DNA of 64,000 nucleotides from Deltaproteobacteria bacterium (GTDB lineage Bacteria; Desulfobacterota; Desulfomonilia; UBA1062). This document shows positions 28,599-38,161 of this stretch, one piece after another. A model generated the notes under the pieces. The model worked only from the letters and a program-made list of their open reading frames with translations, was not told where the DNA came from and ran no database searches. Each line of letters starts with the position of its first letter. The stretch's first letter is position 1. A program made the translations under genes and the position numbers. The stretch covers positions 58,780 to 122,779 of the forward strand of contig JAKPPU010000034.1 of assembly GCA_029547185.1 (NCBI GenBank), given 5' to 3'.

Positions 28599-30137
28599 GT
28601 GGATCAGTCAAGGCTCGGGGATGCTGTTCAAGGAAAGGAAAAACCCCGTGCGTCAGCACTCGACCTGAGCGAGTTCCGCGATCCCGCCCAGTGGTTCAAG
28701 GCGTCCTGTCTCGGAACGATTGCGTGTATCCTCCTGTATACCCTCTACGGGTTCATCCTCGTGAGCAGCCATGCAAAGATCCTCTCCTCACAGGCGCAGC
28801 TCCTGCTCGCATCCGGGATGGAGCCGCTCGTAAAGCCGGGCGATCCCTACCTCGCCGGGATCCTCCACCGGATCGGAAGCGGGCTTTTCTTCGGGGCCAC
28901 CCTCGGAACGCTCACAGCGGTTGGGGCCATGGCCTTCTCTCTCCCTCCCTGGCTCAAGCACCGGTTCAGCCCCTATGACGGCATCGCGTACCTCATCCTG
29001 GGAGGGGTGAATACCTACCTCGGCTTCAGCGGTGAGTTTCCGGTCGCATCCTTCGTGTTCGGGTTTGCGAGCCCGGTCTTCTTCTTCCTCCCCTGGACCC
29101 TGCTCATCCGCAGGAGCAGAGAGAGGGGTGTGAACATGAGGAGATGGGTCGTGACGGCGCTGGTAGCGTCGTCGCCGCTCTTCTTCATCCGGGCCCTGGG
29201 GCCGGCGCCCTTCGAGATGATCCGGGATTCCATGCTCACCGTGCCGGTCATGCGGACCCTGTCCGACTTCTACTACAACCACACCCTGCTTGCCGCCCAC
29301 GTCATCAAGCCCGCGCAGGCCCAGGAGCAGAAGGTGATCGCCGTATCGGACGAGGCCCCGAACATCGGCCCTATAACCCACGGAAGCCTGTGGATGATAA
29401 CCCGTGATCCCTGCTCGGTGAAGGGTGCGAGCATCGTCGTGAGCAGGAGCGAGCTTCCGTGCCGCTCGATAATCCTGACCGACTCGCGGCCCGTGAATGC
29501 CGCCAACCGGATCATCGAGAAAGAAAGCAAGGCCTTCGATAGAAACGAGAGGATGCGGCAGGGGATCGGCCTGTTCCTCTTCAAGGGGCCTCTCCTGCTG
29601 GTCGTAGCCCTGTTCATGCTCTGGTTCAGCCTCTTCGTCTCGAACCTCTGGGAGAGGTCCGCGATCGCCTCGCTCCTCGTCATGATCGCGTACCTTGCCC
29701 TCTTCACGCCGGCGTGGAAGAACCTGTACGAGCGCCGCGAGCTCGCCGCCCATAAAGACCGCATCGCGAGCTATATCCTTTCCGAGCACGAGGAAAAGCG
29801 CTACCTCGCGCTGGCCGTGTTCCCGAAAGAGTTTACCGACCGCGAGCTCATCCGCTTCTCGAAGGATGAGAGCCCGAGGATCCGGCTCCGCGCCCTCTTC
29901 GAGGCAGGCGAGCGGGGAGGGGCTCAGTTCGAAGGAGTCATGGAGAAGGCGCTCCGCGACCCGCAGCTCAATGTGAGGACAAAGGCATGCTGGACCTTGG
30001 GCCGGATCGGATCGGCAAAGGCAGCGGACCTGCTCGAACAGACGCTCCGTAACGATCCGTCCTGGTACGTCCGGGGGTATGCCTACAGGGCACTCGGAAG
30101 GATACGGCCCGCTGCCAGGATCATCAGGCAGGACTAG
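28599..30137 (+). CDS. polytopic membrane protein with C-terminal HEAT repeats
   Basis: 512 aa. Multiple hydrophobic helices. The C-terminus carries HEAT/PBS-lyase-like repeats ([48 protein letters not shown]). GTG start. Confidence 0.65.
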   Translation: MDQSRLGDAVQGKEKPRASALDLSEFRDPAQWFKASCLGTIACILLYTLYGFILVSSHAKILSSQAQLLLASGMEPLVKPGDPYLAGILHRIGSGLFFGATLGTLTAVGAMAFSLPPWLKHRFSPYDGIAYLILGGVNTYLGFSGEFPVASFVFGFASPVFFFLPWTLLIRRSRERGVNMRRWVVTALVASSPLFFIRALGPAPFEMIRDSMLTVPVMRTLSDFYYNHTLLAAHVIKPAQAQEQKVIAVSDEAPNIGPITHGSLWMITRDPCSVKGASIVVSRSELPCRSIILTDSRPVNAANRIIEKESKAFDRNERMRQGIGLFLFKGPLLLVVALFMLWFSLFVSNLWERSAIASLLVMIAYLALFTPAWKNLYERRELAAHKDRIASYILSEHEEKRYLALAVFPKEFTDRELIRFSKDESPRIRLRALFEAGERGGAQFEGVMEKALRDPQLNVRTKACWTLGRIGSAKAADLLEQTLRNDPSWYVRGYAYRALGRIRPAARIIRQD

Positions 30138-30157
30138 AACGCATAAGGGAGAATCGA

Positions 30158-31006
30158 ATGGCTGAAAACGAACTCGACGGCATCGAAAAGAACAGGGAAG
30201 AGGAAAAGGCCAAGCTGAACCTCCAGCTCTCGAAGATAAAGAGCACGATCATGGTCATGAGCGGAAAAGGCGGTGTGGGCAAGTCGACCGTGTCTGCAAA
30301 CCTCGCGCTCAGCCTCGCCCGGGAAGGCTTCCGCGTGGGCGTGCTCGACGGCGATATCCACGGCCCGGACATCCCGAAGATCCTGGGCGTCGAAGACATG
30401 AAGCTTACGGCGGACGAAGAGGGCAAGATCCGTCCGGTGACGGCGTACGGAAACATCAAGGTGATCTCGGTGGGCTACCTGATCGAGAGCCGGGACACGC
30501 CCGTGATCTGGCGGGGGCCCATGAAGCACTCCGTCATGAGGCAGTTCCTCAAGGACGTAAACTGGGGCGAGCTCGATTTCCTCGTCGTGGACCTTCCCCC
30601 CGGGACCGGGGACGAGCCCCTCTCGATAGCCCAGCTCATCAGGGGCGCCGAAGGCGTGAATGCCCCGTACGCTCTCATCGTGACCACTCCGCAGGACGTC
30701 GCCCTCCTCGATGCCAGGAAGAGCGTCGAGTTCGCCAGGGCGCTCGACCTGAAGATCTTAGGCATCATCGAGAACATGAGCGGGCTCTCCTGCCCCCACT
30801 GCGGGGAGACCATCGACCTGTTCAAGACGGGCGGCGGAAGGAAGGCGGCCGAAGACCTTCACATTCCCTTCCTTGGCGCCGTGCCCATCGACCCGAGGAT
30901 CGTCCGCGACACCGACGAGGGCAGGCCCTTCGTCGTATCGGAGGAAGGATTGGAGGCAGCCAAGGCCTTCGCAGGGATTGTCTCGGATATCCTCAAGCAG
31001 ATATAG
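30158..31006 (+). CDS. apbC: Mrp/NBP35 family Fe-S cluster carrier ATPase
   Basis: 282 aa. Deviant Walker [11 protein letters not shown], and a CPHC motif in [13 protein letters not shown]. Confidence 0.9.
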   Translation: MAENELDGIEKNREEEKAKLNLQLSKIKSTIMVMSGKGGVGKSTVSANLALSLAREGFRVGVLDGDIHGPDIPKILGVEDMKLTADEEGKIRPVTAYGNIKVISVGYLIESRDTPVIWRGPMKHSVMRQFLKDVNWGELDFLVVDLPPGTGDEPLSIAQLIRGAEGVNAPYALIVTTPQDVALLDARKSVEFARALDLKILGIIENMSGLSCPHCGETIDLFKTGGGRKAAEDLHIPFLGAVPIDPRIVRDTDEGRPFVVSEEGLEAAKAFAGIVSDILKQI

Positions 31007-31018
31007 AGGGATTATCCC

Positions 31019-31047
31019 TTGACTGTGGAGATTGTTTACCCTAGATT
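31019..31047 (+). promoter_or_regulatory. candidate sigma70-type promoter for the large GH13-like gene
   Basis: TTGACT (31019-24), a 17-nt spacer, then TAGATT (31042-47). Confidence 0.35.
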
Positions 31048-31151
31048 CTACTCTAATTTCATGGATGATTCCTCATCTTCGATCTGCTTGCGGCAGGGAG
31101 CCATGGTACTGTCTTTAAAAACAGCGATAGGTGAGCAAGAGAGTAGAGCGA

Positions 31152-34100
31152 ATGTTTGAATTCCATATTTCACGGGAAGCCCGCGACCTGTACAAGTTCG
31201 ACGAATCCCTTTTCTCCACGACCGGCAATGTGATCCTGGCGGATTTCTTTGCTGCCCGGAGGTTTGCCGACAGGATGAACCGGGTCCGCGGTACAGCCCT
31301 CCACCCCGAGAGGTCCGTATCCGCAAGCGACATCTATGCCCTGGGCCTGATCGATGAAATCCTCCACTTCATGATCGAGCAGTACCGGCGGTCCGTCAAG
31401 CCTACGGTCATGTCCGAGGCGTATACGTGGGTCAGCTCGAAGGTCGAGGGAACCGACTTCACCCTCGAAGAGTTCACCCGTCTCTTTCCGCCCATAGCGG
31501 TCTATAAAGGCCTCATCACAACAAATGATTATATGAAGGGCGAGACAGAGGGCACCCCGAACAGGTATATCAGCCTCGAAGAGATGCTCATGCTCTTCCT
31601 GGCCAACGAGAACCCGGCATTCGGGCCGTACCTCGAGCTCTTCGACGATACGCCCCTCGAGCTCCGCACCCGCTATCCCGATGTCCTCAGGAACCTCGAG
31701 GAGTTTTTCAGGAGCCAGCCGGTCTTCGGCCCGTACGGCCAGACCCTGATCGACCTCCTGAGGGCGCCCATGAAGGCCTCCCCTGACTCGCTCTACGGCC
31801 AGCTCGAGTACATCAGGACGCACTGGGGCCATCTCCTCAAGGACCTGCTGATCCGCATGCTCGGAGGCCTGGACTTCCTCAGGGAGGAGCACAGGCCCAG
31901 GTTCCTCGGACCCGGTCCGGCGGTTGCCCCGAAGTTCGGTCCCAAGGAATATGCGGAGCTCGAGCGGTTCAGCGCTGACCTCGACTGGATGCCCCACCTC
32001 GTGCTCATTGCCAAGAGCACCTTCGTGTGGCTCTATCAGCTTTCGCAGAAGTACGGGCGCCATATCGAACGGCTCGACCAGATCCCGGACGAAGAGCTCG
32101 AGCAGCTTGCCCGGTGGGGATTCACGGGCTTGTGGCTCATCGGCATCTGGGAGAGGAGCCCTGCCTCGAAGAAGATCAAGCAGCTCACCGGCAACCCGGA
32201 GGCCGCCTCGTCCGCCTATTCGATCTACGACTATGTCATCGCATGGGAGCTCGGAGGATACGAGGCATTCGAGAACCTCAAGTACCGCGCCTCCCGGTTC
32301 GGGATCCGGATGGCTACCGACATGGTGCCCAACCACATGGGCATCTACTCGAAGTGGATAATCGAGAACCCCGACCGGTTCATCCAGCTCGATCACAGCC
32401 CGTTCCCTTCATACCGCTTCACCGGCCCGGATCTTTCCGGCGACGAGCGCGTCGTGATCCAGATCGAGGACGGCTACTGGAACCGGACGGATGCCGCCGT
32501 GGTGTTCAAGCGGTATGACCGCTCCACGGGAGACACGCGCTACATCTATCACGGGAACGACGGGACGAGCACGCCGTGGAACGACACGGCACAGCTCGAC
32601 TTTCTGAAAGGCGAGGTCAGGGAGGCCGTCATCGCGAAGACGATCGAGGTGGCGAAGCTCTTCCCCATCATCCGGTTCGATGCCGCCATGACGCTCGCCA
32701 AGCGGCACTTCCAGAGGCTCTGGTATCCCCTGCCCGGATACGGCGGGGACATCCCCTCACGATCGGGTCACAGCGTCTCCCAGGAGGAGTTCGACAGGCT
32801 GTTCCCCGAGGAGTTCTGGAGAGAGCTCGTAGACAGGGTTGCGCTCGAGGCCCCCAATACCCTGCTCCTGGCCGAGGCCTTCTGGCTCATGGAAGGATAC
32901 TTCGTCCGGAGCCTCGGTATGCACCGCGTCTACAACAGCGCCTTCATGAACATGCTGAAAAACGAGGACAACAGCAAGTACCGGGACGTGATGAAGAACG
33001 TGCTCCGGTTCAACCCCGAGATCTTGAAGCGCTTCGTCAACTTCATGAACAACCCGGACGAGGAGCCGGCAGTGGTCCAGTTCGGCAAGGACGACAAGTA
33101 CTTCGGGGTCGCCACCATGATGGTGACCCTGCCGGGGCTGCCCATGTTCGGCCACGGCCAGATCGAAGGGTTCGGCGAGAAGTACGGGATGGAGTACAAG
33201 CGCTCCTACTGGGACGAGCAGGTGGATACGCACCTAGTAGGGCGCCACGAGAGAGAGATCTTCCCCCTGCTCAAGAAGAGGTACCTCTTCAGCGAGGTCG
33301 ACAACTTCGTGCTCTACGATGTGGTAAGGGAGGACGGCCATGTCAACGAGGACGTGTTCGCCTACTCGAACATGGCAGGGGATGAGAGGGCGCTCGTCGT
33401 GTATAACAACCGCTATGCCGAGGCCAGGGGCTGGGTCCGGCGCTCGGTCGGCATGAACGCCGAGGAAGGCGGCAGGAGGCGGGTAGTGCACAAGACCCTG
33501 GGCGAAGGCCTCGGGCTCAAGAACGACGAGTCGGTCTATTACATCCTCGAGGACTTCCGTGAGGGGCTCCAGTACCTGAGGAACGGCCGAGCCCTGTGCA
33601 CCGACGGGCTCAAGATCGACCTCGGCGCCTTCAAATCGAACGTGTTCATGAACTTCCGCGAGCTCAGGGACGAAGACGGCCAGGTCAGGCAGCTCTTCGA
33701 CTACCTCAACGGCCGGGGCGTCCCCGATGTCCTCTCCGAGATCCAGGAGCTCTACTTGCGGGAGATCCTCGATCCGTTCAGGGCGCTCATCGAGAGGAAC
33801 ATGCTCTTGAGGACGGTGAGGGCCGGCAGGAACACGGGTCAGGTTACGGATGCCTTCCTGAACATCCTCTCGACCTTCATCAAGCAGACGAGGGAGTACC
33901 TCTATGCCTGGATCGAAGAAACCGATGCCACCGATGTCATCCAGGAGGTGTTCTCCCTCTTCCATACGCTCTTCAACCTCGACCAGCTCACATCGAAGAG
34001 GAGCAGGTACCTGGCATCTGCAGTGGATTACCTCTTCACGAGGATACCGGCCGGGATTACCGAGGACCTCTTCTGGTGGAGGGTCCCGGTCTTCTGGTGC

Positions 34101-34607
34101 ATTACGGCCAGGATAGGCGCGCTCGTGGAGCGCGAGTCGATCCCGGTGAAGAGCAGGGCGCTCATGGACGAGCTTCTGCTCGGCAAGGCCATGAAGGAGA
34201 GCCTGATGTCGCTCGGCCTGGATGAAGGCGGTGCACAGTACGAGATGTCCCTCATCAAGCTGCTCGTCACGCACCAGGGCTGGAGCGATGAAGCCTCGCG
34301 CAGAGGTCTCGCCCCGATCTTCGAGGATATCATGGCCGACCCCGACGTGCGGGCATTCCTCGGAATCAACGAGTTCGAAGGCCGTCTCTGGTTCAACAAG
34401 GAATCCTTCGAGATCATGGTCTACTGGCTCTTTGTCATCACCGTCATCGAGTCTGTCGCATTCCCCCTGGGCAAGATGAGGGTCTCGACGCGGGTCATCC
34501 TCGATTCCTACCGGCACGTGAATACCCTGCTGCGTGCAGCCGAAGACGCGCATTACGACGTGGGCGAGTTCATCTCACTGCTCGTAAAGAGGGGCGGGGC
34601 GGTTTGA
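31152..34607 (+). CDS. large alpha-amylase family (GH13-like) protein
   Basis: About 1150 aa. GH13-like regions TDMVPNHMG (region I), IRFDAAMTLAKRH (II), LLLAEAFW (III) and FVNFMNNPDE (IV-like). The ATG at 31152 (MFEFHISREARDLY) is preferred over the track GTG at 31131. Confidence 0.85.
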   Translation: MFEFHISREARDLYKFDESLFSTTGNVILADFFAARRFADRMNRVRGTALHPERSVSASDIYALGLIDEILHFMIEQYRRSVKPTVMSEAYTWVSSKVEGTDFTLEEFTRLFPPIAVYKGLITTNDYMKGETEGTPNRYISLEEMLMLFLANENPAFGPYLELFDDTPLELRTRYPDVLRNLEEFFRSQPVFGPYGQTLIDLLRAPMKASPDSLYGQLEYIRTHWGHLLKDLLIRMLGGLDFLREEHRPRFLGPGPAVAPKFGPKEYAELERFSADLDWMPHLVLIAKSTFVWLYQLSQKYGRHIERLDQIPDEELEQLARWGFTGLWLIGIWERSPASKKIKQLTGNPEAASSAYSIYDYVIAWELGGYEAFENLKYRASRFGIRMATDMVPNHMGIYSKWIIENPDRFIQLDHSPFPSYRFTGPDLSGDERVVIQIEDGYWNRTDAAVVFKRYDRSTGDTRYIYHGNDGTSTPWNDTAQLDFLKGEVREAVIAKTIEVAKLFPIIRFDAAMTLAKRHFQRLWYPLPGYGGDIPSRSGHSVSQEEFDRLFPEEFWRELVDRVALEAPNTLLLAEAFWLMEGYFVRSLGMHRVYNSAFMNMLKNEDNSKYRDVMKNVLRFNPEILKRFVNFMNNPDEEPAVVQFGKDDKYFGVATMMVTLPGLPMFGHGQIEGFGEKYGMEYKRSYWDEQVDTHLVGRHEREIFPLLKKRYLFSEVDNFVLYDVVREDGHVNEDVFAYSNMAGDERALVVYNNRYAEARGWVRRSVGMNAEEGGRRRVVHKTLGEGLGLKNDESVYYILEDFREGLQYLRNGRALCTDGLKIDLGAFKSNVFMNFRELRDEDGQVRQLFDYLNGRGVPDVLSEIQELYLREILDPFRALIERNMLLRTVRAGRNTGQVTDAFLNILSTFIKQTREYLYAWIEETDATDVIQEVFSLFHTLFNLDQLTSKRSRYLASAVDYLFTRIPAGITEDLFWWRVPVFWCITARIGALVERESIPVKSRALMDELLLGKAMKESLMSLGLDEGGAQYEMSLIKLLVTHQGWSDEASRRGLAPIFEDIMADPDVRAFLGINEFEGRLWFNKESFEIMVYWLFVITVIESVAFPLGKMRVSTRVILDSYRHVNTLLRAAEDAHYDVGEFISLLVKRGGAV

Positions 34608-34622
34608 GGTGAGGGAATACCC

Positions 34623-34882
34623 ATGGATGGGAAGGTCAGGACCCTCGTTGAACGGGAGGTGATCATTCCCGAGCCGGGGGCGGTCTCCATCGGCCTCGAT
34701 AAGGAGACGGGAACCTCCGTGACGATTTTCTCACCGATATGCTCACCGCCGAGATCGACAGGACGGACTGCATCGGGGCGATCCGAATCCTCGATCCGGC
34801 CGTGAAGAGCAAGGGAGCTTCCCGGCTCGAGGGAATAGTCGCCTCCGAATCCGATTCGGTCTGCTTCATCATCCCGTCGTAA
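34623..34882 (+). pseudogene. possible frameshifted small ORF (about 85 codons across two frames)
   Basis: The frame from ATG 34623 reads MDGKVRTLVEREVIIPEPGAVSIGLDKETGTSV... and then turns S/R/P-rich. The frame that opens at 34703 reads ...DFLTDMLTAEIDRTDCIGAIRILDPAVKSKGASRLEGIVASESDSVCFIIPS and stops at 34880-82. Family not recognised. Confidence 0.25.
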
Positions 34883-35194
34883 CGCTGACTGGAGCAGAAC
34901 ATCCCCTGCTACCGAGCAAGTATTTTCGGGTTCTGCCAAATGTGTTTGTCATTCTCAAGAAGGTGATACGGAAAGTATGGATTGCCATGCTGTGGACTTT
35001 CATATGAGAGGTCTCCAAGTGGAGTTCGCAGTTCAAACATTGATTATGGAAATACTATTTATTATAATTTAATATTATTTAAATAACAAAAATTTACAGA
35101 GAATATTCTGAGATGTGAGCATAATTGAGATTCAGCCTTTTTAAGAGGCAATTTTTTCTTTTAGCCACATATGAGGGGACATGTTTAATCTCTC

Positions 35195-36571
35195 ATGAGT
35201 AAAGTTATATTTCTTACCCACCCGACCATAGGGCACTTGAACAGCCTTCTTACTATTGCTTTGAAGATGAGGGAGAATGGGCACGACATTCAATTCGTTG
35301 TCCCTGGGTCAAACCTCGCTGACCCGAGGATCAAGATGTTCAAGGTGTTTTATAATGGGAAAATCGTCCCTGAGATAATCCGTTCGCAAGGCATCGAAAT
35401 AAGACTTCTTTTTCCACCTCTTCCGTACATCTACCTTGCAGCGCTCATTCCGACAAAAAAAAGGTTTGAAGAAACAATAACTGCGATTCGGTTCTTTAGC
35501 TCTGGGATTAAAAGTTTTACAAGACGTATAAGTAGGCTTGTGAAGAATTTTAAGCCCGATATAATTGTTTCAGACTTTTTCTTTTATTCAACGCCCCTCG
35601 TAGCGGAGTTGAATAATTTGCCTTACATAATGATCTATCATAGTGGGCTCCCTTTTGGAGGGAAAGATGTTCCGCCATTCGGTAGTGGACTTCCAGTTTC
35701 CACTCAGGATATCCGCCCCAAAATAATATTCAGAGAAAAAGAGCAGGAATTATCCAAGAGACTTATTACCACTGTCAACCGGGCAAGGAAGGCATTATCA
35801 CTCAAACCTATTAACTTTGATTTGCTTAAGATGCCTCATTCACCATGGCTAAATCTTGTAGCGACTCATGAAGCTATTGATATACCCCGTTATAACTTAG
35901 GTCCTAACACAGTGTATGTTGGGCCTATATTCATGAACATGGGGATTAATAGATCCTTTTTTCCTTATGACGAATTACGCGAGGATAAATATAAGATATA
36001 TGTTTCACTAGGGACTGTATTCAACAATAAGCCCAAGATCTACCAAGATATTATTAGAGCCCTTCAAGTGAATCCTCATTATCAAATTATTGTGAGCGCT
36101 GGTGGGGCCTATGATAAGGTTTCCAGAAAACGCTATAACTCGAATGTAATGCTTTTTCAATCAGTACCACAAGCCGAGCTTTTGAACCGAATAGACCTTG
36201 TAGTCAGTCATGGTGGAAATAACACTCTGAATGAAACGCTCTATCATGGGAAGCCTGTTATTGTCCTTTCAGTCGGAGGAGAGCAGCATGACAATGCATC
36301 CAGAATAGAATTTCATGGGCTGGGTTATCGTATTGACATGGCCTTGCTTAGTGCTGATACTCTCAGCAATGCGGTGGAGGGGCTTAGGAAAGACGCAGAA
36401 CTGAACCAACGGCTTAAGACAGCAAGTAATCAACTCATGGAATCGGATGGGGCAACCGCTTCAGTTAGTTTGATTGAGTGGGTAATGGAAAACAAAAAGC
36501 CCTTTACTAAAAAAAGAGAGTTGCCCCTGACCATAACGAGAGACAGTCTACCTCTGTACCTACAGGATTGA
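35195..36571 (+). CDS. GT1 family UDP-glycosyltransferase (MGT/UGT-like)
   Basis: 458 aa. N-terminus FLTHPTIGHLNSLL, and a C-terminal nucleotide-sugar motif VSHGGNNTLNETLYHGKPVIVLSVGGEQHDNA. The gene is markedly AT-rich relative to its flanks. Confidence 0.85.
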   Translation: MSKVIFLTHPTIGHLNSLLTIALKMRENGHDIQFVVPGSNLADPRIKMFKVFYNGKIVPEIIRSQGIEIRLLFPPLPYIYLAALIPTKKRFEETITAIRFFSSGIKSFTRRISRLVKNFKPDIIVSDFFFYSTPLVAELNNLPYIMIYHSGLPFGGKDVPPFGSGLPVSTQDIRPKIIFREKEQELSKRLITTVNRARKALSLKPINFDLLKMPHSPWLNLVATHEAIDIPRYNLGPNTVYVGPIFMNMGINRSFFPYDELREDKYKIYVSLGTVFNNKPKIYQDIIRALQVNPHYQIIVSAGGAYDKVSRKRYNSNVMLFQSVPQAELLNRIDLVVSHGGNNTLNETLYHGKPVIVLSVGGEQHDNASRIEFHGLGYRIDMALLSADTLSNAVEGLRKDAELNQRLKTASNQLMESDGATASVSLIEWVMENKKPFTKKRELPLTITRDSLPLYLQD

Positions 36572-36626
36572 GAAAGGAGCATTGTATTGTTCCTGTAGAG
36601 GTCATATTATTGTCGATGATCATAAT

Positions 36627-36640
36627 ATTGCCATGGCAAT
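36627..36640. repeat. perfect 14-bp palindrome between convergent genes
   Basis: ATTGCCATGGCAAT, embedded in a longer imperfect inverted repeat (TGATCATAAT...AATTGGTGATCA). It lies between the GT1 stop (36571) and the PurF-like stop (36746). Possibly a bidirectional terminator or an island boundary. Confidence 0.6.
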
Positions 36641-36745
36641 AATTGGTGATCAAGAAACCTGTAAACCATTGATCCGTGAGCCGTCTTCAGAATGCATGTC
36701 GACGGCGAACTCGTTTCGCATGCTTCAGCGGCAGACGACGGCCCT

Positions 36746-38149
36746 TCAGAAAGAGCTCGTCCCGTCCCAGCAGTGGGTGCAGAGCTTTTCCTTGGGGAGC
36801 CCGATGGCGTCCACGAGGTCGTCCATGGTCTGGAACTGCAGAGTGGTGAGCCCGAGCCGCTTCCGGATGCGCTCCACCATCTCCACGTGCTTGGCCGAGC
36901 CTGCCCTGGCATATTCCTCGAGCGGCACGCTGTCCGTGCCTTCGATCTCGAACACGGCCTTGCGGCCGGCAAGGGCCAGGGACGAGCGCGAGGTGGAGAA
37001 GTTGAGGAACTCGCAGGGGTAGATGAGGGTGGGGCAGGCGACCCGCATGTGGACCTCGCGTGCGCCGTACTCGAAGAGGATCTGGACATTTTCCTTGAGC
37101 TGGGTGCCCCGGACGATGGAGTCGTCGCAGAACACGAGGCTCTTGCCCTTGATGATGGCCCGGTTGGGAATGAGCTTCATCCTCGCCACGAGGTCCCTCA
37201 CTGCCTGATTTTGAGGCATGAAGCTCCTGGGCCAGGTGGGGGTGTACTTCACATAAGGCCGCATGTAGGGGATGCGCTTCTCGTTGGCGTAGCCTATGGC
37301 GTGTCCGATGCCGGAATCCGGGATTCCGGAGACGAGCTCGGCAATCACCGGGTCCTTCTTTGCAAGGGCCCTGCCGCAGTTGTAGCGGACCGCCTCCACG
37401 TTGACGCCCTCGTAGTCGGATGAGGGGTAGCCGTAGTATACCCAGAGGAAGGAGCAGATCTGCATCCTGTCCCCGGGGCGCTTGAGCTGCTCGTATCCTT
37501 CCGGCGTGATGCGCACGATCTCGCCCGGTCCGAGGAAGTATTCGGTCTCGAAGCCGATGTTGGGGAAGGCGCAGGTCTCGGAGGAGGCGGCATATGCCCC
37601 GTCTTTCCCGCCGATGATGACAGGCGTCCTTCCCAGCTTGTCCCTGGCCGCTATGATGCCCTTCTTTGTGAGGATCAGGATCGTGCACGATCCTTTGACG
37701 TTGTCAAAGACGTTCTGGATTCCCTCAACGAACGAGCCCTTTTCGCAGATGAGCATGGCCACGAGCTCGGTGGGATTGATAGAGCCCCCGAAGGTCTCCG
37801 AGAAGTGCTTTTTCCTGCTGAAGGCCTGCCTGCTCAGAGAGTCGATGTTCACGATCTTGCCTACGGTGACGATGCCGAACGGGCCGAGGTGGGAGTTGAT
37901 GATGAGAGGCTGGGCATCGTGGTCGCTGATGACGCCGATGCCGCAGTTGCCCCGAAAGTCATCGAGCTCGGGCTCGAACTTCGATCTGAAGTAGGCACTC
38001 TCGATATTGTGGATCGATCGGGTAAAGCCCCTTCTGTTGACCACTGCGAGCCCGCCGCGCTTCGTGCCGAGATGGGAGTGGTAGTCAGTGCCGTAGAAAA
38101 GATCCCCTACGCAATCCCTTCTCGATGCGATTCCGAATAGTCCGCCCAT
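36746..38149 (-). CDS. amidophosphoribosyltransferase-like protein (class II Gn-AT fold plus PRT domain) lacking the N-terminal Cys
   Basis: 467 aa. PRTase motif LVFCDDSIVRGTQ. The N-terminus reads MGGLFGI where canonical PurF has MCGI. AGGGGGA lies 6 nt upstream of the ATG, and the guaA stop is 12 nt upstream. Confidence 0.85.
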   Translation of the reverse strand: MGGLFGIASRRDCVGDLFYGTDYHSHLGTKRGGLAVVNRRGFTRSIHNIESAYFRSKFEPELDDFRGNCGIGVISDHDAQPLIINSHLGPFGIVTVGKIVNIDSLSRQAFSRKKHFSETFGGSINPTELVAMLICEKGSFVEGIQNVFDNVKGSCTILILTKKGIIAARDKLGRTPVIIGGKDGAYAASSETCAFPNIGFETEYFLGPGEIVRITPEGYEQLKRPGDRMQICSFLWVYYGYPSSDYEGVNVEAVRYNCGRALAKKDPVIAELVSGIPDSGIGHAIGYANEKRIPYMRPYVKYTPTWPRSFMPQNQAVRDLVARMKLIPNRAIIKGKSLVFCDDSIVRGTQLKENVQILFEYGAREVHMRVACPTLIYPCEFLNFSTSRSSLALAGRKAVFEIEGTDSVPLEEYARAGSAKHVEMVERIRKRLGLTTLQFQTMDDLVDAIGLPKEKLCTHCWDGTSSF

Positions 38150-38161
38150 GGCTGGTCCCCC

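Noticed and set aside
31170-34553. Minus-strand ORFs of 408 and 439 aa (31170..32396, 33234..34553) and several plus-strand off-frame ORFs inside the GH13-like gene
   Set aside because: One continuous frame of about 1150 codons with GH13 motifs explains the region. The others are off-frame or antisense artefacts.
34553-34939. A 128-aa minus-strand ORF downstream of the GH13-like gene
   Set aside because: It overlaps the 3' end of the amylase-family gene and is S/P/G-rich. The plus-strand two-frame reading looks more protein-like, although that reading is itself low confidence.
34981-36635. A 9-bp direct repeat, ATTGCCATG, at both edges of the AT-rich glycosyltransferase island, considered as a target-site duplication
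   Set aside because: A 9-mer match within about 100-nt search windows on each side is only weakly significant. The right copy is part of a palindrome, and no integrase or transposase is present. It is kept only as a note inside the island finding.
36687-37688. A 333-aa minus-strand ORF in another frame of the PurF-like gene
   Set aside because: It overlaps the PurF-like frame on the same strand and is Arg/Pro/His-rich with no motifs.
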